In this document: positions 9,247 through 19,046 of the stretch, one piece after another
How the letters are laid out: the number at the start of each line of letters is the position of its first letter
Numbering within the stretch: position 1 is the stretch's first letter
NCBI GenBank assembly: GCA_017631635.1
Contig: JAGBSX010000022.1
Span: forward strand, 18,659-82,658
DNA from: Clostridia bacterium
GTDB taxonomy: Bacteria > Bacillota > Clostridia > Christensenellales > RUG350
Direction: 5' to 3'
Length of the DNA stretch: 64,000 nucleotides
Made by a program: the position numbers and the translations under genes
Notes under the pieces: model-generated
What the model was told of the DNA's origin: nothing
The model's input: only the letters and a program-made list of their open reading frames with translations
Database searches by the model: none

Positions 9247-10224
9247 TTATGAGAGTTTGACTTTCAATTTTAGTAGCCAATGACAATACATTATCAATAT
9301 ATAATCTATCTTTTGGTTGAGAGATAGTTTGCCAAAATGGTGCTTTTTATTTTGCTTTAGATAAGTTTTATTTTCTGTATAAAAGTCTTTGTGACTATCT
9401 AGCATATTTGCGACTATGAGTTGGCGCAATGTATTTAGCACGTGGCGATATACCCAAGTTTTTGCGCTGTCTATTGCATATGGATACTTGTCTAAACAAA
9501 TAGTCTCTATATCCCTGATAGCATATACGTAATCGAGTCTCTTTGCAGAGAATTTGGAGGTCATAGCCGAATTTTCACGCATTATATAGTGATAGTACGA
9601 ACCTTCTACGTATACCATCTTGTTCATCTTGTCTATCACTTTAAATAGAAATAGGATATCTTCTCCCATACGATACTGGGTGCAATATCTCAAGTCGTCT
9701 AACATAGACTTTTTGTATAATTTGTTGACAGGTGCATACATCAATTCTTTGATGATACCTTGGGTGAAATAATTCTTGATTATATTTTCTTTGGACCAGT
9801 CCATATCGGAGGTAGCATCATTTACTTGTGTGTCGCCATTGACACGCACTTGCTTAAATCCACATACCGCCAAGTCCGCGTTTTCTCTAATAATAGAGCC
9901 GTGTAATCTCTCATACATATTAGGTTCGATATAGTCGTCAGAGTCTATAAATCCTATATACTCACCTTTGGCTATATCCATACCTAGATTGCGAGCAGAG
10001 GAGACTCCACCATTTTGCTTGTGTACGACTACTATTCTATTATCTTGTTTTGCGTATTTGTCGCATATAGCCCCACTATCGTCGGTAGAGCCGTCGTCTA
10101 TGAGTAGAATCTCTATATCTTGGTGAGTCTGTGCTATTATAGACTGTATGCACCTATCTAGGTATGGTGCTACGTTGTAGACAGGGACTATTATACTTAT
10201 CAAATTATTCATAGTATGCTCCAT
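9247..10224 (-). CDS. Glycosyltransferase family 2
   Basis: ISIIVPVYNVAPYLDRCIQSI...LIDDGSTDDS...DSDD motifs. Confidence 0.9.
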   Translation of the reverse strand: MEHTMNNLISIIVPVYNVAPYLDRCIQSIIAQTHQDIEILLIDDGSTDDSGAICDKYAKQDNRIVVVHKQNGGVSSARNLGMDIAKGEYIGFIDSDDYIEPNMYERLHGSIIRENADLAVCGFKQVRVNGDTQVNDATSDMDWSKENIIKNYFTQGIIKELMYAPVNKLYKKSMLDDLRYCTQYRMGEDILFLFKVIDKMNKMVYVEGSYYHYIMRENSAMTSKFSAKRLDYVYAIRDIETICLDKYPYAIDSAKTWVYRHVLNTLRQLIVANMLDSHKDFYTENKTYLKQNKKHHFGKLSLNQKIDYILIMYCHWLLKLKVKLS

Positions 10225-10226
10225 GT

Positions 10227-11165
10227 TTAGCGATATCGCTTTGCAAGAATTTTGTAGGCAAAGGGTAGATATTTGTATAGAAAAAATTCTATCTTTTCTT
10301 TGACCTTGAGGGTATGTTTGACTAGAGGGTAGTGAGAGAGGATATAAGACCTATACTCACTCAGTTCAGGTTGATATTCACTAGCCAAATTGGACTTGTA
10401 TATATTGCGTACTACGTTCGCCCTAGCACGGTAGCAATACTTGTCAGCCGTGCTAATCATAGCAGGATATATCTCTGCTATTAGGCGTCTAGCCTCCTCT
10501 TTGGATGATATCTCGAGCAAATTGCGTCTAGTAAATTTGCCTGTAGTGATAGAATCTCCCCTCTTATAATAGTTGTACAGAGGTAATTTGACGATACGAC
10601 AACTCTTAGCACGAGACAGGTGTTGGATATTGAATATCAAGTCTTCACCGTGCGCAAAATCTGGGTCAAAGTATATGCCTTTGAGCAATTCTTTGCGAAA
10701 TAGTTTGTTCCATACGGCATTGTTGAGTCGACCAAATATCTCCTCCCACAATTCATCTTGGGATAGGGTATCTACTCCACCGTCACTAGAACAAGGTACA
10801 CTCTTGTCTGGATATACGACGTTGTGCTGACATATAGATATATCCACGCCATCTATAGCCTCGCGAAGTCTAGCGAACATATCAGGAGAGATAGTGTCGT
10901 CACTATCTACAAATCCTATATAGTCTCCTGTGGCTATATCTAGTCCTTGATTTCTAGCGATAGATTGACCTGCGTTTTGCTTGTGTATGACCTTGACACG
11001 ACTATCTAACTTGGCGTATTCATCACAAATAACTCCACTATCGTCGGTAGAGCCATCGTCTATGAGTATTATCTCTATATTTTTATACGTTTGGTTGATT
11101 ATCGAATCTACGCATTGTCTTAGGTATTTGCCTTCGTTGTACACAGGCACTATTACGCTTATCAT
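10227..11165 (-). CDS. Glycosyltransferase family 2
   Basis: MISVIVPVYNEGKYLRQCVDSI...LIDDGSTDDS...DSDD motifs. Confidence 0.9.
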   Translation of the reverse strand: MISVIVPVYNEGKYLRQCVDSIINQTYKNIEIILIDDGSTDDSGVICDEYAKLDSRVKVIHKQNAGQSIARNQGLDIATGDYIGFVDSDDTISPDMFARLREAIDGVDISICQHNVVYPDKSVPCSSDGGVDTLSQDELWEEIFGRLNNAVWNKLFRKELLKGIYFDPDFAHGEDLIFNIQHLSRAKSCRIVKLPLYNYYKRGDSITTGKFTRRNLLEISSKEEARRLIAEIYPAMISTADKYCYRARANVVRNIYKSNLASEYQPELSEYRSYILSHYPLVKHTLKVKEKIEFFLYKYLPFAYKILAKRYR

Positions 11166-11195
11166 AATTCCCTCTTTGATATCTATGATGTTATT

Positions 11196-12314
11196 TTACA
11201 TATCTAGTGCTGTCGTTAGATAGTCGCCAGATAGTTGTTTTTGTTCTGCTACAAATTTTTCTGTTTGGGTGAAATCTACCTCATCTAGATTAACTCTCTC
11301 TATATCCTCTACGCACTCGATAGAGCGATCTAGTAGCCCAGTCTTATCGAGGATATCGCATATCCTATTATCAGTTTTGCCACCTAGTACGTAGAACTTC
11401 TTGCGATATATTAGCGAAAATGCCGTACCGTGAAATGATGATGTTATCACCATAGACGCATTGTCTACTAGTGACAAGAAGTCTAGAGGACCCGTATCGT
11501 ATCTCTTGACGAAAGAGTTGAATATATCGTTCTTGTTGTTGTACTTGGTGATGAGTACGGGCAAGCCTAATTTTTTGGATATCTTTTTAACTATTTTGAG
11601 TTGTGCTTTTGATGGCTCTAGACAGTAGAGTAGTATATACTTGCCGTTTTTGTAATTGGCGTTTGACTGAATTTTCTTATAATCCTCTTTATCTAATAGT
11701 AGTGTAGGATCTACGTGTATGTCAGGAGTTTTGCCTATTAATTCTTCTACGTTTTTGGCACTACCGACCTCTCTAGTAGATATATGGTCGTATGTGTTGA
11801 GTAGACTAGCATACTTGTCCTTGTCGTACTTATCCCAATCTATCTTGAGTGGACCAAAACTAGCCGCGTACGATATTTTTTTGGCATCTTTTACAAAATC
11901 TAGATAAAAATAATCTTCGAAGTCACACGACCTCACGTTCCATATTTGGTCACTACCACTGATAAAATAGTCGCTACTAGGTGGGTTGGCGTACAAATCC
12001 TCTATAGTAGGGTATTCATTTGTCAAGTTTATATAGTTCGTTAAAAATTCACCAAACTTAATTTGCTTTGATTTTAACTTGCCTTGATTAAAAAATGCCA
12101 CTACGTTTTTAACGGAGTTAGAAATGCTAAAACCTTTTTTGTATATACTATACAAGCCTTTTTGGGCTTTTGGTTCTACGTTTATTACGCTATATTCTAT
12201 TTTTTCGCCCTTTTCATTTGCGATTTTGTTTACAAATTGTTGCAACGCATAAGTTTGCAATACCGACCCGTAATTTTGTGCTTTATGAAAAGTGACTGTG
12301 GATACCTTTTTCAT
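11196..12314 (-). CDS. Polysaccharide pyruvyl transferase family protein
   Basis: 372 aa. The N-terminus VTFHKAQNYGSVLQTYALQQF is characteristic of this family. Locus context. Confidence 0.75.
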   Translation of the reverse strand: MKKVSTVTFHKAQNYGSVLQTYALQQFVNKIANEKGEKIEYSVINVEPKAQKGLYSIYKKGFSISNSVKNVVAFFNQGKLKSKQIKFGEFLTNYINLTNEYPTIEDLYANPPSSDYFISGSDQIWNVRSCDFEDYFYLDFVKDAKKISYAASFGPLKIDWDKYDKDKYASLLNTYDHISTREVGSAKNVEELIGKTPDIHVDPTLLLDKEDYKKIQSNANYKNGKYILLYCLEPSKAQLKIVKKISKKLGLPVLITKYNNKNDIFNSFVKRYDTGPLDFLSLVDNASMVITSSFHGTAFSLIYRKKFYVLGGKTDNRICDILDKTGLLDRSIECVEDIERVNLDEVDFTQTEKFVAEQKQLSGDYLTTALDM

Positions 12315-13279
12315 TATATTACCTTTACTTTTTTCTTATATATTTTGGACATAACACTAGGAAAATTAATCATCAACCATAGTTTGATCTTGTCCTTGGT
12401 TTTCACACCTTTGAGAGAGAATAGTCCCTTCTTATTTGATTTTATTTTGGCGTTGACTTCACTATATAGGGATAGATGCTTGTCCATATCTAGCATAGCC
12501 ATATACTTGATTTTGCATAGGATAGATAGGTATGAGGCTTTGCACCTATCATACACGTCTGGTGCGTGCTGGGTTAGAAAGTCTAGTACCTGTTCTCTAG
12601 CATAGAGTATAGTCACGAATCTGTCCGATAGCCTAATAGTGTTCATTATGCCACTTTCTCTAAAGAAGTAGTAGTATAGGTCCTGCTTGATGAACGCTAC
12701 CTTGTCTATATGGTGTACGTATCGTATGGTGAAAGGGAAGTCCTCTCCGTTAAATATCTTCTCGTCAAATCGAAGATTATATTTGTCTATGATGTCTTTG
12801 CTAAATAGTTTGTTCCATGCATATCCTGCGTACGAATTCTCGTCGAATACGCAAGCGTATCTATCAGTAGTGATAGTGTGTATATCCTCCTCAAATTCAG
12901 CCCTAGTAACCTCGTCACCCTTGGTCCTACAAAATTTACAAGCGCTCATCTGGGCATCTGTGTTGATTAGTGCGTTGTATAGATTTTCCAAAAATCTGCT
13001 ATCTAGCCAGTCGTCGCTATCCACAAAGGATATATATTCACCTTTGGCTATATCTAGTCCTGCATTACGAGCAGAGGATAGACCACCGTTTACTTTGTGT
13101 ACGACTACTATACGACTATCTTTTTTGGAGTATTCGTCACATATACGACCACACTCGTCGGGAGAGCCGTCGTCTACTAGGATAACCTCTATATCCTTAT
13201 ATGATTGAGAGAGTATAGAATCTATACATCTAGGCAAATAATCTTGTACTTTGTACACAGGTACTATTACGCTAATCAT
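12314..13279 (-). CDS. Glycosyltransferase family 2
   Basis: MISVIVPVYKVQDYLPRCIDSI...LVDDGSPDECG...DSDD motifs. Confidence 0.9.
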   Translation of the reverse strand: MISVIVPVYKVQDYLPRCIDSILSQSYKDIEVILVDDGSPDECGRICDEYSKKDSRIVVVHKVNGGLSSARNAGLDIAKGEYISFVDSDDWLDSRFLENLYNALINTDAQMSACKFCRTKGDEVTRAEFEEDIHTITTDRYACVFDENSYAGYAWNKLFSKDIIDKYNLRFDEKIFNGEDFPFTIRYVHHIDKVAFIKQDLYYYFFRESGIMNTIRLSDRFVTILYAREQVLDFLTQHAPDVYDRCKASYLSILCKIKYMAMLDMDKHLSLYSEVNAKIKSNKKGLFSLKGVKTKDKIKLWLMINFPSVMSKIYKKKVKVI

Positions 13280-13288
13280 AATCCACCT

Positions 13289-14374
13289 CTAAAACCAAGT
13301 TAATCTAAATATATCTTCGACAAATGCGCCGTCTATATATAGGCTATACACACCGAATATGATATAGCATAGCACGGCGATAAATAGTATGAGTAGTTGG
13401 TCTCGTTTGCTAAAAGCCTTGCTAATGAGTAGCGGTAGAGTGACTACTATACCTATTAGGAAGTATTGAGGTATACGGCCAAATAGTATAGGATTGCCAA
13501 ATAGCGCTAGCACCATGAAGATAGAACTCAAGACTCCTATCTTTAGTAGCCATTTTTCGTAGGAGGTTGCTATGGATAGATTTTTTCTGCCTATGATAGT
13601 CAATGCTAGTGGCACCATGAATACTAGGGCCCTGAGCATATTGACCGAGCCTGACAGCAGAGTCTCCTCCTCCACGTCCTTGCCCAAGAAGTCTATGATA
13701 GTGGTGATAGCCGAAGAGAATAAGGATAGTAGCGCACCCACTACGACTACCGATATGCAAAAGATAATAGTTCTTTTATTGAATACCTCACTACCTAGTA
13801 GTGGTAGTATCAAGAAGAATATACTATACGCATGAAAGCCTAGTGATAATATACAAAATAGGTAATAAGTAAAATATTTTTTTTCAAATAGTTTAGGCAG
13901 TCCCATCATAATGACACCAGTAGCCATCGCTTGCTTGAGACCTGCTAGGGAGAATAGATACATACCTCCAAACATAAATAGTATGATAGATAGGGTAAAA
14001 TTCTTGCTATACTTGTCAATGAGTGATATCGAAGGACACACGAATACCATAGCAGAGAGAAATAAAAATACTATCGGACTGCTTGATATGTAGTGATAGA
14101 TGACGTACTGCCATATCTTGAAGAGATATACTCTTGACAATGAAAATTTACCTGCTAATATGGACGCGAAATCAGAGGTCGTATGCTCAAAGTCATATAT
14201 ATAAGTACTAGTGTCATTGTAGTCGGTTCGCAGTCCTGCAAATAAGCATAGTGCAAAGCAAATAACACCACAAAATAGCACTCTAGCACCTCTAGAGAGT
14301 CTACCGGTGTTTTTTAGTAATTCGTACACGTACGAAAATATGATGACTATTGCGGATAAGATTATATAACTCAC
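13289..14374 (-). CDS. EpsG-family membrane protein, the likely Wzy-type repeat-unit polymerase
   Basis: 361 aa, about 10 TM helices, in a Wzx-containing locus with no other polymerase candidate. Confidence 0.7.
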   Translation of the reverse strand: MSYIILSAIVIIFSYVYELLKNTGRLSRGARVLFCGVICFALCLFAGLRTDYNDTSTYIYDFEHTTSDFASILAGKFSLSRVYLFKIWQYVIYHYISSSPIVFLFLSAMVFVCPSISLIDKYSKNFTLSIILFMFGGMYLFSLAGLKQAMATGVIMMGLPKLFEKKYFTYYLFCILSLGFHAYSIFFLILPLLGSEVFNKRTIIFCISVVVVGALLSLFSSAITTIIDFLGKDVEEETLLSGSVNMLRALVFMVPLALTIIGRKNLSIATSYEKWLLKIGVLSSIFMVLALFGNPILFGRIPQYFLIGIVVTLPLLISKAFSKRDQLLILFIAVLCYIIFGVYSLYIDGAFVEDIFRLTWF

Positions 14375-14388
14375 GTTGTGGTCCTCTA

Positions 14389-15192
14389 TTATTTGTTCTT
14401 CTTGTTGTGTATCATCTTGTAGACAAAACTAGGCACTAGCCATTTGATAATAGGAACTAATGCACGAAATCTAGCGAATATAGACAATTTGCCCTCTTTG
14501 CACACTTTCATAATTACTCTGCTCTCATTCAGCCTATTCTTTAGTGTGCGACGTCGTAGAGCATTTCTATCATCACGCATAGAGTATAGGACTTCTTGGA
14601 GATTGTAGCCTATATATCCTGCTAGATACATACGCACCCATAATTCGTAGTCTTCTACTCTGGTGAATTTGTCCGACTCACTATATCCACCGAGAGTGCG
14701 CAGTACCTCCGTGCGCATCATACAACCTGCGTGACAAAATTGAGACCTCTTTAGGAAATCTTTGAGAGTAGGTATAGTCTTGTGTTTGATGACGCCAAAC
14801 ACTCCGTTCTCGTCATATACCTCCATATGGCAACTCACTAGCGCGTACTCTGGATTGGTCTCAAGAAAGGCTAGTTCTTTTTCAAATCGTACTAGACTAC
14901 ACACGTCGTCTCCATCCATACGAGCGATATATTCGCCACGCGCTACCTCTAGACAACGATTGAGGGTAGGGGCTAGAGTGAGGTTTTTGTCATTTTTGAG
15001 TATGACGATACGGCTATCTTTTTTAGCCAAAGAGCACAGTACCTCATAGGTGTTGTCAGTAGAATTGTCGTCGCATATTATCAATTCCCAATTGGTATAC
15101 GTTTGGTTGATTATGCAGTCTACTGCCTCTTCTAGTGTGGAGGCGCAGTTGTACGCGCCCATCAATACGCTTATCAATGGTCTATCACTCAT
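14389..15192 (-). CDS. Glycosyltransferase family 2
   Basis: ISVLMGAYNCASTLEEAVDCI...ICDDNSTDNT...DGDD motifs. Confidence 0.9.
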   Translation of the reverse strand: MSDRPLISVLMGAYNCASTLEEAVDCIINQTYTNWELIICDDNSTDNTYEVLCSLAKKDSRIVILKNDKNLTLAPTLNRCLEVARGEYIARMDGDDVCSLVRFEKELAFLETNPEYALVSCHMEVYDENGVFGVIKHKTIPTLKDFLKRSQFCHAGCMMRTEVLRTLGGYSESDKFTRVEDYELWVRMYLAGYIGYNLQEVLYSMRDDRNALRRRTLKNRLNESRVIMKVCKEGKLSIFARFRALVPIIKWLVPSFVYKMIHNKKNK

Positions 15193-16300
15193 TGTCTACT
15201 CCTCTATCGCTTAATTTTATAATATCCAGGATTTGTTGATTTATCTTCTCTTGGTCAAAGTTGTCTTCGGCAAATTTTCTACTATTTGAGCACATCTTGA
15301 TAGCATCTTGAGGATTTTCGATAGCCCATATTACTTTGTCAGCCATGAGACTTGCGTCACCATTGGGTACTAGATAGCCATTGTATCCGTCTATTACGGT
15401 GTCACGACAACCTACACAGTCGCTAGCGATAATACCTCTGCCTACTGCCTCAGCCTCCATTACGGACATAGGCAGTCCTTCTCTGTGGCTAGGTAGCATA
15501 AACATTAGACAATCTTCTAGATATGGTCTCACGTCTTTGGTCGTACCTAGATAATTGATATTGCCGTCATCTATATACTCCTGTATATCGGCGAGTTTGA
15601 GAGTGCCCTCTGCGCCTAGATAATTGAATACTGCGTCAGGGTAGGACCTCTTGACTATCCTAGCGCACTCACAATAATTGAGGACACCCTTGGTCTTGAG
15701 CATACGTGCTATCATCAAGAAAGTCCTATCATTTTTCACAGGCTTTTGCTCAAACTTGACAAGATCTACTCCTATGCCGTGTATAAGTTCACATTTGTCT
15801 TTACTCACCAACTTAAGTGATACAAATTCTGCCAAATCATCTTGGTTGAGAAAGAAAACTTTCTTGGCATGTCTAAATGACTGCTTGTACCAACTGCATA
15901 TCACTAGTTTGATTAGTCTCCACTTGAGAGATTTGTTGATGAAGGCGTCTCCTGCGCCCTCTACCATAGAGTATATTTCTTTGATACCTACCTCATGTGC
16001 AGCCATTACGCCTAGGGTGTTTGGTTTGAGCACGAAGGTAAAGACTATATCTGGTTGATAATCTTTGATTAGTTGCTTGTATTGTCTCTTTTGTTTGATA
16101 AAATGTAGAGGATTGAGAGAACGATTGTGCGAAGGTATGCAGAAGAAATCTACTCCTAGACCTTCTATCAGTTCTCTATTGTCCTCATCAAAGGCACACA
16201 CGCCTACCTGGTAGCCTTCGTTTTGCAATTTTTTTATCAATGGTTGGCGAAAGTTCCTCACCGAGTTGGAACTAGCGCATAGCAATAATATCTTTTTCAC
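15185..16300 (-). CDS. Glycosyltransferase family 4 (GT-B)
   Basis: 371 aa. C-terminal PSHREGLPMSVMEAEAVGRGIIASD is the GT4 E-x7-E region. Confidence 0.85.
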   Translation of the reverse strand: MKKILLLCASSNSVRNFRQPLIKKLQNEGYQVGVCAFDEDNRELIEGLGVDFFCIPSHNRSLNPLHFIKQKRQYKQLIKDYQPDIVFTFVLKPNTLGVMAAHEVGIKEIYSMVEGAGDAFINKSLKWRLIKLVICSWYKQSFRHAKKVFFLNQDDLAEFVSLKLVSKDKCELIHGIGVDLVKFEQKPVKNDRTFLMIARMLKTKGVLNYCECARIVKRSYPDAVFNYLGAEGTLKLADIQEYIDDGNINYLGTTKDVRPYLEDCLMFMLPSHREGLPMSVMEAEAVGRGIIASDCVGCRDTVIDGYNGYLVPNGDASLMADKVIWAIENPQDAIKMCSNSRKFAEDNFDQEKINQQILDIIKLSDRGVDNE

Positions 16301-17196
16301 TTTTGTTCTCCTAGATTATCGATAATTACACTATATAGTCTGTCTGCGTTGCCGTCTCCTACGAAACTATTGTGAGGAGTGATGATTACGTTTGGGCAGT
16401 CCCATAGTGGGCTAGTAGAGGGTAGTGGCTCTGTCTCAAATACGTCTAGCACAGCCCCTAGCAGTTTGCTTTCTAGCGCCTCAAGTAGCGCACTCTCATC
16501 CACCACAGCCCCTCTAGCGATATTGACAAGGGTACTGCCTACCTTCATCTTGGATAGTCTATCACTATTGATGAGATGTCTAGTCTCTTGGGTGAGGGGT
16601 AGAGTGAGTACTACTATATCGGCTATGGATAGAGCCTCGTCTATATCGTCTAGATGATAGATGCGTTCATAATTAGAATCCACTCTAGGATATAGGTCTA
16701 CTCCTATCACTCTAGTGCCAAATGCTCCAAATCTCTTGGCGCACTCAGTACCTACGTTGCCAGCGCCTACGATACACACCGTCTTAGCGTACAATTCTAG
16801 CACTCCACGATGTTTTTGCCACACTTTGTCTATACAATTACGAGCGAAAAACGCACTTTGTTTGTACAATGCTAGCACTCCACTGATAGCAAATTCGGCC
16901 ATAGGTATACTATATACTCCACGCGCATTGTGGATAGTGATACATCGCTCCTCCACGTAGCGCATATCTACTCTATCAAATCCTGCGCTAGTGAGTTGGA
17001 TATAGCGAAGATTGACAAATTTCTCTATAGGGTGGTGCAAAAAGAGTCCGTTGCATATCACACCCTCCACCTCGTCGCTACCACAAGGCAAAGCATCACT
17101 CTCATTTTGCATAAATACTACGGAATGTCCTAGTGACTTTATATGATTTAGTTGTTCTTCGCTGTATTGCCAAGCGCCTGTTATCAATAATTTCAT
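16297..17196 (-). CDS. NAD-dependent D-isomer-specific 2-hydroxyacid dehydrogenase
   Basis: 299 aa. Rossmann motif IVGAGNVGTECAKRF, followed by a catalytic-region pattern ending NVIITPHNS. Confidence 0.85.
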   Translation of the reverse strand: MKLLITGAWQYSEEQLNHIKSLGHSVVFMQNESDALPCGSDEVEGVICNGLFLHHPIEKFVNLRYIQLTSAGFDRVDMRYVEERCITIHNARGVYSIPMAEFAISGVLALYKQSAFFARNCIDKVWQKHRGVLELYAKTVCIVGAGNVGTECAKRFGAFGTRVIGVDLYPRVDSNYERIYHLDDIDEALSIADIVVLTLPLTQETRHLINSDRLSKMKVGSTLVNIARGAVVDESALLEALESKLLGAVLDVFETEPLPSTSPLWDCPNVIITPHNSFVGDGNADRLYSVIIDNLGEQK

Positions 17197-17201
17197 ACTA
17201 T

Positions 17202-18029
17202 TTACCCTTCGATTATCTTTTGGACGATACTGTCTATATCTGCCTTATTTTTCGACAGATCGACTTCGCCACTAGCACACTTTTTCTCCCACTCGCGTAT
17301 ACTGCGTACGCCCTCGTCAAAAGTTAGGCGAATCTCATCCATATCCGTGACTATACTAGTATTGCAAAAACTCCTAGAGAGTATTGCGCAGGTAGAGCCT
17401 AGGCGATAGTGTTCGGCTATGATTTTCTCTGCAGGGAGCATACCTTTGCCCATAGATGCTATCCCTCCAAATCCATAGGATATACCCCTATCTTCAAATT
17501 TTCCACACAATTTCTCTACCGTACCGTCTGTGAGCAGTTGAAACATAAACTTGAGACCATATCCTAGGCTGAGGTCGTTGAGCCCTACGTGGATAGAGTC
17601 TATACCTCTTATGGAGAGTATATCATCTATGCACTCTACAGCCTCAGGAGTCTCTAATAGTGGGAGAGTCTTGGCTCTGCCGTCTACTAGTCTTACGAAT
17701 TTCTCTACCTCATTAGCCGTCTTGAAGTATGGTAGCATCAATATATCTGCCCCTGCCTCTATAGCAGAGTCTATCTCCTCGCTAGAGGAGGAGTATTCGC
17801 TAGTCGCCTCGTGTATAGGATTGATACGCGCCATCACCTCGGATGAGGTCAATACAGCCTTGACTCTACGTATATCCTCTATGGTGTGGTGAGATTGTAC
17901 CGTGTCCATACCACCTTGTCTAGCGTATTTGCCTATATACTCCATATCGACAAATATGCGATCTACCCCTGCATTTTCGGCGATTTGGGCTATAGAAGGG
18001 CTATTTGTTATGTACATTAATTTTAGCAT
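17202..18029 (-). CDS. HpcH/HpaI aldolase/citrate-lyase-family (PEP/pyruvate-domain TIM barrel) protein
   Basis: 275 aa. The pattern ILMLPYFKTANEVEKFV...LLETPEAVECIDDILSIRGIDSIHVGLNDLSLGYG matches the aldolase family fold signature. Substrate unknown. Confidence 0.6.
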   Translation of the reverse strand: MLKLMYITNSPSIAQIAENAGVDRIFVDMEYIGKYARQGGMDTVQSHHTIEDIRRVKAVLTSSEVMARINPIHEATSEYSSSSEEIDSAIEAGADILMLPYFKTANEVEKFVRLVDGRAKTLPLLETPEAVECIDDILSIRGIDSIHVGLNDLSLGYGLKFMFQLLTDGTVEKLCGKFEDRGISYGFGGIASMGKGMLPAEKIIAEHYRLGSTCAILSRSFCNTSIVTDMDEIRLTFDEGVRSIREWEKKCASGEVDLSKNKADIDSIVQKIIEG

Positions 18030-18032
18030 ATC

Positions 18033-18725
18033 TTACTCTGCTTGCGTATCGGTAGTGGTAGTCTCACTCTCCGTGCTAGATGCGTCTGCTACGGTAGAGT
18101 CCTCGACGTCGTCGGTAGGAGCAGACACTACTGTCGCGCCTACGTTTTCATTATCAGCATTAGAAAATACCTTGAATACAGTCAAAAATAGTATCTTGAT
18201 ATCTAGCCATAGGGATAGATTGTCTACGTACCACACGTTGAGTTTGATACGCTTGTTCCACTCTACGTCTTTGCGACCATTTATCTGTGCCCAACCGGTG
18301 ATACCTGGACGCACGTCAAACATACGCAGTTGCTCCTCTGTATATTGGTCGATAGGCCAAGGGTGATAGGTGAGAGGTGGACGTGGTCCTATGAAACTCA
18401 TATCTCCCTTTAGCACGGAGAAAAACTGAGGTATCTCATCTAGAGAGGTGCGACGCAAAAACTTGCCCACCTTGGTCACACGAGTATCTCCCTTGCCAGA
18501 GTATACGCCACTACCAGTCTGCTCAGCGCCTACGCACATGGAGCGAAACTTCCATATCTTAAATACCTTGCCACCTTTGCCTATACGCTCTTGTTTGAAG
18601 ATAACAGGACCTTTGGAGTCTAGTTTGATAGCGATAGCAATGATTAGCATAGGTATAGCAGATATGATGATGCCTAGTAGTGAAAATATTATGTCAAATA
18701 ACCTTTTGAAAAAATGTCTATACAT
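18033..18725 (-). CDS. Initiating undecaprenyl-phosphate sugar phosphotransferase (small bacterial sugar transferase type)
   Basis: 230 aa, one N-terminal TM helix. Motifs KFRSM, DEIPQF, GDMSFIGPRPP. First gene of the locus. Carries an unusual acidic Ser/Thr-rich C-terminal tail. Confidence 0.9.
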   Translation of the reverse strand: MYRHFFKRLFDIIFSLLGIIISAIPMLIIAIAIKLDSKGPVIFKQERIGKGGKVFKIWKFRSMCVGAEQTGSGVYSGKGDTRVTKVGKFLRRTSLDEIPQFFSVLKGDMSFIGPRPPLTYHPWPIDQYTEEQLRMFDVRPGITGWAQINGRKDVEWNKRIKLNVWYVDNLSLWLDIKILFLTVFKVFSNADNENVGATVVSAPTDDVEDSTVADASSTESETTTTDTQAE

Positions 18726-18817
18726 ATCAATCCTTCTCTTGTTGTAGCGCTAGTGTTTGCAACACAACGTTTTGTTTTTATTTTTCTACTACGCTCCGTA
18801 GGTAGACGCAACTATAG

Positions 18818-18846
18818 TTATATATAACTATACCAAAAAAAGTCAA
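18818..18846 (-). promoter_or_regulatory. Candidate promoter of the polysaccharide operon
   Basis: Minus strand reads TTGACT (18846-18841), then 16-17 nt, then TATATA/ATATAA. The -10 lies inside a perfect 20-nt palindrome (18813-18832). Confidence 0.4.
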
Positions 18847-19046
18847 TAAAAATAGGCGTGTACCAAGAATTTTTCTACGATACCACCTATTTTAACTCTT
18901 TTTACTCAACCACGCGACAAAACGACGGTGTTTTTTCTCTCACGCTTGCAGTTTTGGAGAGTGAGTCTAGTCAATTATAAAGGTACTAAGCGACTGACTA
19001 TCCACAACTTATGCAGGTTTTTTATAATTTTGTACTCGCTATAAAT

